From Chlorokybus atmophyticus (lineage: Eukaryota; Plantae; Mesostigma and Chlorokybus algae), in assembly GCA_009103225.1 (NCBI GenBank), contig RHPI01002262.1:598317-662316 (forward strand): a stretch of DNA of 64,000 nucleotides. The letters are read 5' to 3'. The position numbers and the translations under genes were made by a program. Shown one piece after another: positions 43,326 to 56,500 of the stretch; position 1 is the stretch's first letter, and the number at the start of each line of letters is the position of its first letter. The notes beneath the pieces were generated by a model that saw nothing but the letters and a program-made list of their open reading frames with translations, was not told where the DNA came from and ran no database searches.

Positions 43326-46006
43326 ATGGCGCTGGGCGGCGGCGGCGGCGGCGGCGGCGGAGGCGGAGGTAGAGGTGGGGCTGGGGGTGGGGTGAGGTGG
43401 GTGTCGTCGGGTAGGTTGCTGTCGGCGGCGCTGCAGGTGCTGCTGGGGGCGTCCCTGCTCAGCACCGCCGTGGCGCTGGCGTTCGTGGCAGGGGCGAAGC
43501 TGTCACTCACCACAGGCGAGAAAGAGCTCATAAGGTAGGCTGTGTCGCTGTTTAATGATGCTTGTAGTTGGGAGCTTGCGTGAGGCTGTCTGCCTCAATG
43601 TGTTGCTGCAAGCTCGCAGTTTGCAAGCAAACCTGGTTCTTTGCTTGTAGGTCATAACAGTGCCGTCATGCACGCTTCAACTTCATTGTGCATGTTGTGA
43701 GTTCTGTATACATGCTTGCACAGGCAGTAAGCAGCGCATCAAACAAGTTAGCGAAAGCAACTGTCTTGTGCACACATTACGCTGTAGCCAGATTGGTGCA
43801 CTCTTCAAACTCTCATTTGTCCTATGGTTGTGTGGGCTTGTGCAGGTTGTGTTGACTGTGTATACACGTACGTTCAGACTTTCACGCTGTTGATATGTGG
43901 GCGCATACAAAGCGTTATGGTGTGGACTGACATGTGCCGCATGTCTTCATAGCATCCGTATGCTTACAACGTACAAGTTGCCAAGTGTAGCACGAGTGAG
44001 TGAGATGGTAGCAAACAACAGCCTTGAAAGCCAATTGAAAAGATGATCTAAGCACTCACTTCCAACTACCATGCAGAGAGTTTGCCGAGCGGCACTTTGC
44101 AGCACCGCAATCAGCAAGCACGGTTTCTCGCCAGTGCTTCAATGCGCCAGGAGAGATAAGCTGGCAGCTTGTGGAACGCTGGATATCAAAGCCGTGGTCG
44201 CTTTGCTTCGGGGAAGGGAAGGACTTCACCATCTTGACTGCCCACAGCGGGCTGCCTCTGGTGCGTGTGCCAATGTATGCATGCACATACGCTTGTATCA
44301 GTTTGCGTGGGGATATGGCACACAAACCAATAGTACATCTGTACAGGCATGCAAAACTACGCACATGCATTGACATACATGTGCGCGCATGGCTTCTTTT
44401 GCTTGTATAAGCCTGCTGTGTGCCCACCTTGCACATAGTGCATTTGGTTGGCATGCTCCTGTGCGCACTCATCCATGCACCTGCACCGGCACGCACGCAC
44501 GCAAGCGGGCACCAACACATGCGTGCGTGTGTCTACATTTGCAGTCACTGGCAACTGTGCATGTGTGCGCACCCACTGGCATACTTTATGCGCAAACCAA
44601 CGTGCGCACGCGCACATGTGCGTATGCATGTCGACACGCACACACATGCGGACAGACGCACATGCACGCGTGCACCGCCACATGCACAGTTTCATGCAAG
44701 CGCACAGATACATGTCCATGTGTGTACGCTTTCAAAGGCTGTATAGGTGTTGATGGCTTGTTTTGGCCAGCTGTATGTGCAGAAGATGAGGCGCAATCGT
44801 CTTCACTATGCAGCGCAGCACGGGTACCGCTACTGTGACGTGGACACCCAACCAGACCCTTCACGCCCGGTATGCTAGTCTCGCTGCATGGCTGCATGAA
44901 CACGTGCAAGCAACAATGTCATTGCTTTTCTGCTTGCCAGCATACCACTCAAGGTGTAATATTCATTATCGTGGCATGCACAGGTCGAACCAATTACAGC
45001 ACTACCAACCGTAACACATGACAGCATACCATTGAGACAACAAGCACACACGTAATGGTATGCTACATTACATGCTTGGTGTCAATGTGTGCTCATTGAG
45101 ACCTTTGCTTTGCCAGGTACAATGGGCCAAGGTCACCTCCCTCTTGATGCTTCTTCCACACGTCAAGGACGGTTGGGTCGTAAACATGGACGCCGACACG
45201 TTCATCAGCAACGGGTCACACAGGTACCTTTGCACATGAATGGGTGGTGAGTTTCTAGACAACACAATGCTTGATGCTCTTTGCTTGTGGCTCTCTCTAG
45301 AGCAGGCTGGAAGAGCTGACTGAGCTGCAAGGACACAACCTCACAAGCAAAGACATGATTGTGACCAGTGGGCTGGGCAGCAGCCAAGAGCAGGAGAAAG
45401 AGGACTCAGCTTATCTGGACCTAAGCTCACTTGATACTGGAGTGTTTCTCATACGTCGCACAAAGTGGACACTCGCTATGCTGCGCTCGCTCTACACTGA
45501 CTCTCCGTACGTATAGTGTGCTGAACAGCGCGCGCGCGCACACACATGCACACACGCGCCTGCATGTGCAAGTGTGTGTGCATGGGGTCGCGCCTAAGGT
45601 GATCTGTTGCCACATGGGCGCTATCGTGTTAAGGTTGATCTGTCATGCAGGGGGCCACTTGCACACAAGTGGAACTTTGACGAGGCATTGAAAGAGTTTC
45701 AGTGGGTGCGTCCACTCGGCTTTGCAGCGCACATGGAGGTACGGGCAACGGGAATGCAGCAGTTCTCTTCTTATGCCAGATGCGTCAGATCACACAACAC
45801 CAACTCTGCTGCAGGTTGTTCCCAACACCCACATGAACTGCCCTTACCATCTCTGCCGTGACCGCAAACCTCTACCTTTCATCATGCACGCGGCCGATGG
45901 GCATCCGATCAACAAGTACAACAGCCTTGCGGCGGTCTTGACGGAGGTGCCCGGCGTTGGGCCTTCACGCATGGCCTGGGATCAAAGCACGCTGTTTAGC
46001 GATTGA
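43326..46006 (+). CDS. GT34-family glycosyltransferase, paralog 2 (divergent, head-to-head with paralog 1)
   Basis: Gly run plus TM helix (LLSAALQVLLGASLLSTAVALAFVAG), WQLVERWISKP..FTILT, RRNRLHYAARHGYRYC, QWAKVTSLL, WVVNMDADTFI, LDTGVFLIRRTKWTLAML, PFIMHAAD. Stop TGA at 46004-46006. A longer start at 43112 is possible. Confidence 0.85.
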
Positions 46007-46850
46007 TGAATCACGTTGGAGTTGCATTGGCTACACATAGCAGTCTTGGTGCATCTTGTCAACAACTTGTTGAGCTTGGCATCAGGTGTAGTTGCAGCGA
46101 GCATAAGTGTTACCTGGTTGGCTGGCGCAAGCGCAGTGCATGTATCTGGGTGTAGGGAGACAGGCTAGCTGTGTATCGTAGGCATGCCAACTGGTTGGTT
46201 TCCTTGACTGGCTATGGAAAATCGTTCTCGTAGTAACAATGCGCCTGCAAGCATAGTTTCACATCGTGTTTGTCTGCTCAATGCTTGTTAACCCTACTCA
46301 CCCATTCTTGTTGACCTCCAGCAGCAGGTGGTGTGACAACTTGCACATTGGCAACACATCTGAATGACATACACAGTGTAGTGCTTTGGACTCTTGTACA
46401 GTTACAAGCAAGTGCGCCGCTTTGCTAGCGGAGCATGGTGAGAGAAGCAAACCAACCTGCAACCAATGCCTGGTTGTGAGCACAGCCACAGGCAGTGTCG
46501 CGCTGAGACATGTCCGGGTCGCACGTTTGAGACGTTTTTGTTCTGTCAACGTTTCGACATTTCAACAGCAAATTCACCCAAAAAGGCATTCGTGTCACAT
46601 CTGAAGCATTGATGCACCACTTGCACTGTACAGTTGTACAGCTTCAGCTACATGTGCGCAAGTATACCAGTGTAGCGTAGTGCATTAAACTCGATAAGTA
46701 GCCAAACTGTACAATCATGCCTGGTAACAACTGCTGGGACAAGTGCATGCGAACCTATATACAATGAACGCACACGCATCAAGCAGTTGGGTGCCGCATC
46801 GATGCAGGCAAGCGCTCTACGTTTGATGTCTCACCAACTTCTTTTTTCTC

Positions 46851-48391
46851 TCATGCATCGTCTTTGCTGAACATGCCAACAAGCTCGCCTTGTGCCAAGA
46901 CATGGCCCTGTCACACACAACAAACGCACAGAAACCCTCTGATTGTAAGCACGCAGAAAAAAAAAGAGACGGTGCGCGCACGCATGCACACAGCCACCCA
47001 CCTTCATGGCTTCCTCAAGCTTTTGCGCTGTCGGCTTCTCAGCAAACTTCAGCCGGGGAGTATCGAGGGCGTAAAGCTTAAAGCGGTAGCGGTGATCGCC
47101 GATGGGCGGTTTGGGACCCTTATAATGATCTATTTTGAAGTCGTTGATGCCTTGCTCGGTGCTGGGCGGCAGGTCCGAATGCGGTGAAGAGGCTCCTTGC
47201 TTGAAACCTGCAACAGCCAAGATAAAAATAAGTGGAGTATCAACATAACATAAGCTTTCAACACTGCTGAGAACTAATAGGGCTTGGCAAACAAAAGCCA
47301 TTGCAAACGTCATGTTGTTGACTGGCAGCGGCTTCTCACATGTTAATGGTGCTTTGCTGAGCCAAAGAAACACTCGTATTGGACAACAAGATGTACCTTT
47401 GGTGTCGGGAGGTATGTTGTACACAACCCAGTGTATGAATGGGTTCGGTCTTGGATGCTTGGGGTCGGGCGCGTCCGGGTCGTCCATAATCAGCGCGAGG
47501 CTCTTGGCGTCCTCAGGCACATTCTCCCATTCGAGCTATGAACAAGAAACAGGCAATTGACAAGGCAATCACCGCTCTACAACCACTGTCAGGACTGCTA
47601 CTGGATTGCTTGCTGTCAAGTCATGGCGTTGACTTGGTAAGCACCTACAAGCTTTGCTAATGAACTTGATCAGTTGCTGGAAAGTGCTTTCTATAGCCTG
47701 CAAGCCATGCCACACAAAGAACTGACGAGTCTAAAACCCAAGGCGAGGCAGACAGCTGTTACGTGTGTATGCAACGAAGCGGCTCTGCTGTGTTGCAGAC
47801 TTGCACAAAGCGGAGAGCCTTAGCAGTACTCCATGCCAACTTGTAGTTCCCGCTTAGTACTGAACATGCTTCGCATGCATGTGCGCATCTACGTTGCGGC
47901 TACCTTGAGTATTTGCATGCATATTGCGTGCATGCAAATACTCAAGGTACCTTACGTCGCAGGACTGCCTGCATGCGCGCAGGCATGCATGCAAGCACAT
48001 GGATTCGTGAAACACTACAAGCAAGCAAGATGGTAGAGTACCGCTGGCGAGATGTCCTCCCCATAGCCAGTGAACTTCTTTGGAATACGTCCCATGTGCT
48101 GGAAGTCAGGCGACTTGACGACAAGCTCAGGCATGCTTGCGGACGCAGCAGAGGAGAAAGAAGCGGACCGGACAGCTACTGGTAATGTTGGTGATGTTGA
48201 AGTTGAAGCTGTGACTGCTACTAGCAACCAAGCAGGCTGCTGTTGCTGCTGCTTGCCGAATACGGCAGCGCTGCTTTGAAGACAGCTATTGGCCTCTTGT
48301 CGCAGTAACAGGCCACTCCCACAGCGCAGCGCAGCCCTGGAAGCAAGCTGATAAGCAAACACACAGCACGCTGAGCAAAGCACACTCACAT
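46851..48391 (-). CDS. YbhB/YbcL-type (prokaryote-like) PEBP/Raf-kinase-inhibitor family protein with an N-terminal presequence
   Basis: VKSPDFQHMGRIPKKFTGYGEDISP|LEWENVPEDAKSLALIMDDPDAP..FIHWVVYNIP..QGINDF...YKGPKPPIGDHRYRFKLYALD..MKGHVLAQGELVGMF; stop TGA at 46853-46851. The 5' start is inferred as AT|G split by intron 48389-48337; an alternative ATG lies at 48134. Confidence 0.88.
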
Positions 48392-48605
48392 GCAGCTAAA
48401 GCTCAAGCTTGTCTAGCCTGACTTCCACAACGCTCAAGACAAACTGCTGCAATGGACATACAGGGCGAAAGCTAATACTTGGCGTGAAGCTCAAGCTGTT
48501 GCTGCTAAATAGTTCACTGCATGCATTCAAGCTGCTTGTAGCAAGCAGTCAGCTTAAAGCTTCCTGTCACTGGGCTGCAGAGGCTGCCAGCTGGCAGCTT
48601 GTGTC

Positions 48606-48727
48606 TGATCTGAGGTCAGTGATCTCGGGTTCACTAACAAGAGTTGAGCGCAACCCGTGATCAGTGATCCCCAACGTGCTAGGTTCGGTAAACTTATGTG
48701 AACGTGAGCTGTGATCACTTGGTGATC
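48606..48727. promoter_or_regulatory. Cluster of six TGATC words (five GTGATC) in the divergent intergenic region between the PEBP and BI-1 genes
   Basis: TGATC at 48606, 48620, 48658, 48665, 48712 and 48723. The regulatory role is inferred from position only. Confidence 0.3.
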
Positions 48728-49671
48728 AATTTGTAGTCACTGTCAAGGCATCAGCAGGCGGCGTACATATTCTCCTGGGCGGCGGTGTGGCGGAGCTTGG
48801 GCATAGGGTTGTGCTTGTGCAAAGAGTTCGCTCCTGTTCGTGGCTGCTGGCAGAAACCGTCGGAGGAGGTTCGCTTTGACTTCTGCAGCTGCAGGTTTGT
48901 TGTGCTGTGCGTTTGCGGAAAGTTCTGGAGAGAGCTGCTGGTGGCAGTTGCTGTTTCTGTGGGCGTAGCTAGTTTATTTTCCCTGCCTGTTCGGCGCCGT
49001 TTGCTCGCATATCAACGTTTCCTCGCTGTTTGCCACGAGCAACGATATTGCTTGACGGAGTTTCACATTCTCCGGCTTCTGCAAAATACAACACACTGTG
49101 GTCGCACTTTTCGTGTATTGGGCTTCTGTCAACGACGGAAGGCGCGTCTCGTTGCACAAGTACAGTGGACAAAAGTATATGTCGTGTTGTTCAGTTTGCA
49201 CAATGTCTGCGTGGCCGTTGCAAGCTGGTGCGACGATTGTCCTTGATTGCCACTAGGTATCCGTCAGCTGTAGCATCTTGATTGACATCAACTGGTAATA
49301 AGTCCTAGTGTGTTTGCTCGGCGTCATCGTACTGCTTGTACACAGGCAGATTGTATCCAGTTGTTCACCTTGCTGTCTTGCTCCCCATGCAGTCTACGAT
49401 TGGCTTAACTGTAGCTTAGCAGGTGCATGCGTCTGTTGCATAGTGTGTATACATAATGTGGATACATGCTGCTGGTCATGTTGATTGCTGGTCATGCCTG
49501 CGGTAAATGGTTGTGTACTAGTTTCCATATTAGACAAAGTCATCTGCACAACACTGACTAGAGTAAATCATCATGTGCATATGTGCATGTGCTTTCGCAC
49601 TCAAGTTTGAGTTCTCTCAGTAGCTGAGGTTGCTGTTGACCATCCATCACTGGCGGCAAGCAGGAGGCGCC

Positions 49672-51515
49672 ATGTATTCGTACGGGCAAGCTGGAGCCGG
49701 CTATGGCGCGCGAGGTGCTAAGTATAATGACCTGGAGGCTGGCGGCAGCACGCTGTTTCCAGGCCTCAGCGAAGCTGACTCTGAGATGCGATGGGGCTTC
49801 GTGCGCAAGGTGGGCATGCTGATTAGGGCGTCATTTCAACATTGAGTCACCCATGGACAGGACACACATACATTGCCTGATTGGATGGACTGCGCGATGG
49901 TAACAAACGATGGGAATTACATATCAAACCTATCCCGTATGTGTAGTACCTATTGCGTTTAGAGCATATGGGTACAGAAGCAAAACCACTGGTAGACATT
50001 TTAAGGTGTTGATCTTTATTACCTTTAGGGGATCAATGTAGGTTTGACCGTGCCAATATGCATAAGCGTATGGTTTGTGGCATCACGTGACACACCCATA
50101 CCTAATTAGCGGTGTACGGGACCTCCGTCATATGGTTGGAGCGCACTGTTTGCTTGAGGGCCTCCTTCACAATTCTCTGTGGCGGGATCACTGTGCTCGA
50201 TGGGCTCTGCGCATGTTTTGAATTTTGCACACTGATCTGCTGTTGTGCAGGTTTACGGCATCTTAAGCATGCAGTTCTTGCTTACGGTCATTGTGAGCTC
50301 CATCATGGTGTTCTCTGAGCCCGTGAACCGTCTCGTCACTTCCAACCAGGCGTTTCTTATAGTTGCCATGCTCCTCCCGTTCGCTGGTAAGGCGTTCATT
50401 ATTGTGGGGTTACTTGTGTTGATGGATGCCTCCTTCAGCGTGTCATACCTGTAGTGTACTCTTTAGCAGCTTGGTTGGCATTGTTAGTTCTGTAATGATC
50501 ATCTCATGCAGTGCTATGTTTGCAGTGATGATTCCCTTGTACTGTTATCGTTATCATCACCCGCTCAACTTGGTGCTGCTCGGTCTCTGGGTGAGTACAA
50601 TTGGCTGCTTTGTTGGCAAAACACAATGCTTGTCGCATGTTCTAGTTGGCAGCTACTAACATCTACCTTTGCAGACTGTGGCTATCAGCTTGACTGTTGG
50701 AGTAGCCTGTTCTTTTGTGGCTGGTAAGCGTCATGTGCGTGGCCTTGGCTACACTGAAAAACATGATTACAGTGGGAGCTTACATCTGCTGTTTTTCAGG
50801 TGTGGTGGTGCTGGAGGCTTTGATCCTCACAGCTGCCGTTGTGGGGGGCTTGACAGCGTACACGTTCTATGCTGTCAAGCAGGGCAAGGATTTCAAGTAA
50901 GACACTCAACTTGGGGCTCTGTGCACAATTTAACCGAAGCACTTCAAGTCCATGCGTACTGGTTGTGTAAGCTATGCTTCATGGTGTTATATTATTTGTG
51001 TACGTGTGTTTGCAGCATGCTGGGACCCATGCTGTTTGCATCCCTGTGGGTTCTGATCGCTTGGGGCTTCATCCAGTTCTTCTTCGCTCCAGGGCCCATC
51101 GGCAGGTGTGTACTCACACGCTTCTTTGTTCTCTGCGCCTTTCCTGGTGTCCATATGTCTGCGTTCCTTCTCTTGATGCCAGCAAATGGTGACTTGCATT
51201 AACATAAGAGCTTCCAGGTGATAACAATTGCATTCTTTCGGTTTTCAGGATGATCTACTCTTTGATTGGAGCCATCATCTTCAGCGCATACATCGTGTAC
51301 GACACTGACAACCTCATCAAGCGTAAGCAGCCCTTTTGTATGCAGAGCGGCGCAGTTGAAGTGTGGTGCCTAACAGCATCGGTGCTTACTTGCTGTTGTT
51401 GGCAGGCTTCTCCTACGACGAGTACGTGTGGGCCTCCGTGGCTTTGTACCTTGACGTGATCAACCTCTTCTTGAGGATCCTTGAAATTCTGCAACAAATG
51501 AATAACCAGCAATAG
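49672..51515 (+). CDS. Bax inhibitor-1/Lifeguard (TMBIM, BI1-like) family membrane protein
   Basis: DLEAG..LFPG, MRWGFVRKVYGILSMQ, HHPLNLVLLGLWT, VVLEALILTAAVV.GLT.YTF, DFNMLGPMLF, YSLIGAIIFSAYIVYDTDNLIKRFSYDEYVWASVALYLDVINLFLRIL; stop TAG at 51513-51515. Confidence 0.95.
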
Positions 51516-53536
51516 GCGTGCAGTGTCCTTTGGGTGCAGTAAAGCTGCGGGGTCAGAAGGGTCAATAAATGTGTAGTTGCTGAAACGTTTGTTTGTGTTG
51601 TATGGTGTATAGTTGTCTTTGTTATTACGTAGCTTTTGGGGTGTGCTGTTAGCAGTGCGTTTTGTTGCAACTATCTCTGTCTTCAGCAGTGTGACCACCA
51701 ATGTGCTGGCACGGTGTGACCTGTTGGGATCGTAACGTTAAACGGGGTCTGTGCTGTGCATTGGATCAGGTCTGCTAAGTGCTTGCTGCATCCACTCCCC
51801 TCTGCACACAATAAGTTGGAGATTTATCCCCTCTGAATTTGTTCTCGGTGCTGTTGTTACTTGTGCCACTGTTGCTTGCTTTGCATAGCACATTTGCATA
51901 TTATAGCTTTATGTACACCTGCGTGTAAGAGATGGTGTGCTAGACGTGTGTGCGGATTGTAGTAAGCACTTGTGTATAAAGCGTGTTTGCCGTACAGTGC
52001 ACCTAGTTGAAATCTGCTCATGAAGTGTATGAGTTGTGCTAGCAGTAACTGCACAATCAAGTGTATACGGCTGCACATGGTGGTGCAGGCAAGCGATGGG
52101 CAGCACCATTCGCTTGCTGCGCATGCTCTTGTGGTTGCTGCCTTGCTATGCCCCAAGTGCTGCTGAGGGCCCAGCGCGCTGCTGCTTCTTCTACCGTACT
52201 TGCTGCTTGCTGCTTGTGTTCGTACTAACGCTAACTTGCTCTGCTTCCTGCCTTGGCCGCTGCTAGTACGTTGCATTGTGGTTGCTTGCTGATTGTCACG
52301 TTGCAATGCCACAGTCTATGCCTATGCTAGCTGCTATTGTATTGCTAGTGTCTTGCCATTGTCCTTGCATATGCACAACTGCCATGGGTTTGTAGGCAAT
52401 GCTTTCATGACTCTGGTAGACCAGCTCCTAAGTTACCTCATAGCGCTTGAATTTGCATGTGCTGTGTGCCGTCGCATCAGCACCACATGATGCGATGAGT
52501 GACTCCAAGAGAACCCGAAAGAAATCGCAACTCAGAGGAACATCTGATTGAGAACTGGTGGAGCTCCGGACCCATTCTGGCTGTTACGTTATGTTCTAGC
52601 TGGGCGCGCCTGTCTTGGCATGCGCGGTGAGGCTGTGTGTGATTGCAAACCCTAGTGTTCATCTCTCCTGCTGTGCATGTGTGCTTGCTTGTGTTGGTTA
52701 CATCCGCGTGAGCACACTTGCATCAGTACCACTGGAAATCCTATGTATTGTGGAACGCATATATTGAATGCTGATAAATGTGTGGCAGTAGCAGTATTGT
52801 GCTCAAGTGCAGTCAAACTATCAATGACCCCAAGAATTCCTCATCTATTCGATAATCAAATCACAGTGTTTCGATACAGGTTTGCACACTTGGAATGGTT
52901 GCATGGATGTTGTAAGGCATGGCGCGCAAACAGTTGGGCCACACATTGACACATCACTGTCAGTGTGGGTTGTGCGCCTGTACATGTGTACATACAGTAC
53001 AGTGCTTTGCGTACATGGGTTCCACACACAGTGTTGCTCGCTTGCTTAGTCAACCGGCTACACTAGAAAGAGAAAAAGGAAAGTTCGAAATCAATTGGAC
53101 GAGGGACTTCGAACAGAAGGGAACTGCTACCAGGCCAGGCTGCCACTACTACTCAAATGCTAACACATGCGACCAGATGCAGCCAAGGCCGCAACGCGTA
53201 AACCAGCATCACCCACACGCAAGCGCGGGTGGAGGTTGGCGTGCAAGCGACGCTGTCCCTGTTGGAAGCACAGCCACCCACTTGCAGTGCGGGCCTCGCT
53301 GCTACATCCGAATTCGCGCTGAACGCGAAAATCTGGCAACAAGTCGTTACCAGACTGCTGCTCTCATCTGCTCGCTGCTTTCTGTCACTTGGGATAGCTG
53401 CAACGGCTACAACTGTTGACACTGCTACCCATTGACCGTACGACACATACTCACACTACGCAGGGTTGCGTCCAGACTAAGCTCTCAACTGCGCGCATGT
53501 GCGGTAAAAGAAGAAGTCTCTCACGCGACCGCTGCT

Positions 53537-56500
53537 TCACTCCGCTACATGGAACTTGGCAATGAAGAAAGCGATCGTGTCGAGTTCATTGCTAGGATCA
53601 AAGCTCTGGACCAGGCGAGACTCGTCCTCTGTGAGCCATGCGCGGCCACCAAAACCGTCGTCAACATCCGCGCCGCCTATCAGGCCGGGACCGCCAATGT
53701 ACGGCTCCTGCGCTGCCAGCGTCAGGTTGGGATACGTGTCTAAAGCGTAGCGCACTAGGCCTTCGTTCTCTCCTGGATTGAGTGTGCATCTGTGCACAGA
53801 ACGGACACAACAGCAGCATAACAAGAAGTGAGATGGCAAAATAGATGGGGTGGCAGAATGAAACACAACAGGACTGCTGGGCAGCAGTCTTGTGCATCGT
53901 TGAGGGTGGATGCATCACTTACGTGGAAAAGACTATTGTGCCACCGGGTCGCACCAGCTTCATTGCTGACTCGAACAGCTTGCGCTGGTACAGGACAAAC
54001 TTGCGAAGATCTGCCAATGACAGCTGCAAACATGAAGCAGTCAGCAAGATGATAAACGAAACTGCTTGTCAAGCGTACTCCAGATGTACTGACAGCACCA
54101 TAACCAGCATTTCCAGCATTGCACTACATTGTGTTTGAGGCCCCAGACACAAAATAGTTACGGCTTGATTATTGAAGCAGCACAGGCGTGCGCGCGCGCA
54201 TAAGCATGCATATCCTGTAACAAACACTATCCATGATGTGAATGGGTGATGTTCAAGCAACCGCACCTCTTCCACCCACAGACGCGGACGCAAGCCTAGA
54301 GCAGAGCACGGTGCGTCCAGCAGAACGCGGTCAAAGGAGTGGGCAGGGAAGCCTTTCACTTCACAGCCATTGACTGCATCTGCACCATCTGCGACACTGA
54401 AGCCGGAAGCACGTCAGTTGCCAACTATTAAAATCCAATTTGTATCCAATTTGTATTAACTTTTGGCTGCTGCAACATGTGTATGAGGTTACCAACACAA
54501 CTTACCTGGGAGGCAGTGCAGCTTTGGTGGCATCCAGTTTGTAAGCGCTTATGCAGGTGAACCCCAGCTCATTGGCGAGGTCTCTTATCTGCTGGGCCTT
54601 AACGTGCGACTTGTCCAGCGCTATGAGGGTGCCCTTGTCCTGACACACCAACACAAGGTGTGTGACACTCAATGATGCGCGCATGACGTACAACAATCAA
54701 CACATGGAACCCATTGTTGTTGATGGACTTGTTGGCAAGATACACTGTGACACGCATGCAGCAAGTGTTGATTGAAGCCCACATGATAGTTACCTCCATG
54801 CATTGTGCGATAGCCGTAGTCTTGCCGCCCGGGGCGGCGCACATGTCAATGACACGCTCACCCGGCCGCGCACCCAGTACCTGCGCGGCCACAATGCTCG
54901 GCAGATTCTGCACATACATCTTGCCGTGCAGTAAGCCTGCAAGCACAACGCGTGTTACATGGAGCAAACAAAATGTGCGCAGGGACGTTGGCGCAAGAAT
55001 TGTCTGCACACACATAGCATGCAATGACACAATGTTGTTCAATTGGCGGACCTGTATGTGCACCTGCATGTCAATCCACAACCGGAAGCTAAGTCAAAAA
55101 TCCAACGCATGGTGGCTCCCCTAGCCACAGCCCATAGCCTCACCACTGCATGATGGCAGGTTGAACACTCTCCTCTCCATGATAACCGCTATGCCGCTCA
55201 TGGAGCCAAAAATCTGCCGCAAGACAACAAAACACATCATACCGCAGTCAAGTAACTGCATCGCACCATGCTGCATGTGCGTTGCTCAGCCAAGATTTGC
55301 ATGTGCACTCCTGATGCTATTAACTTGATGAAATGTGTATGTGCTTTTGAACCTGGAAGACAACCAACATGTGATGCAAATGCACTTATGGTGGTCATGT
55401 CACGTCTGCAGTAGTAGTAGGTGCAACAAAGCTGTCCATTGTGTTTTGTAGCAACACACACAGTTAGGATGCCTACTAACATGCAGGAAATAGGAATACA
55501 TGTTGTGCGGGCTCTGATCATCACCTGAGCCCTAGTGAGTTGAGCACGCCCGATGCCGAGACAAAGCGCAAGCCTGCCTGCAGCAAGCCGCCCGCCGCTG
55601 TCAAGCTCGTGCGCTGAGCCTAGCGTCGTGCCGCGTGTCATCTGAATCGACTTGCCTCCAGCTGCCTCAACCTATGCAAGATGCACAGCATATTGGACTG
55701 TGCTTTGCGCAACATGTTAACAGGTGGTATGGCGAAAAGTCGTGCAATGCATAACAGGTGCTTGTGCTTGCTGATGGTTCCATCATCAAGGATAACGAGC
55801 AACACTGCGTTTCCATGTTGACATGTAAGCGGGTTTGCAAGCAGAGGACCAGTTTTCCAAAAAAAAACAAATGTGATGTCACTGGAAGTGTTTACAGACA
55901 GTTGAAACGTACCTCTACTGAAACAATGACTAGATCACCAGCTTCTACGCTAGAACTGCACCCCAGAACGCCGGGCACATACACCTGCAAACAACATGCA
56001 CGCCAAGCTTAGCTCCAAGGCATGCAACGCACAGGCAAGAGAGGACCTGACGAACGGCATCAGCATCCATACTAAAAAGTGCATGCTACTACTCACTTGA
56101 GCTCCACGAAGAACTGCCTCTCCGCATCGTCGTGAGACAACAATCTCTTTGTACACATCATGCGCATCATAGTCGATGTGGTGCGGGCCGGAGCCGCCGA
56201 CCATCACAACATGGGGAATGGACTCGTGAGCGAACACCGCACGCTTTTCACCGTCGCAGGCAAATGCGACCCCGTTCTCGCATTGCTGCAGTTGCGAATC
56301 TGCGGCTTCGAGGGCCGCCGAGAGTTGAGGTATTAACTCTTCTACGGGGACTCTGGACCTGCAGCATGTCTCTAGAGGTGGCCGCCTGCGGTGAAGCATG
56401 TTGGTTGCAACTGCGCGCATGCCACAGGCAACACCACGCGCGCGTGCACACCCACAGCATCAACGAGTAACTGCTTGCAGGGGTTTGCAAATAAGCGACG

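Noticed and set aside
52300-53430. Possible minus-strand exons (e.g. PEWVRSS...FFRVLLESLIASC...KRYE|GT)
   Set aside because: One plausible exon, but the flanking candidates are closed in all frames and no family was recognised.
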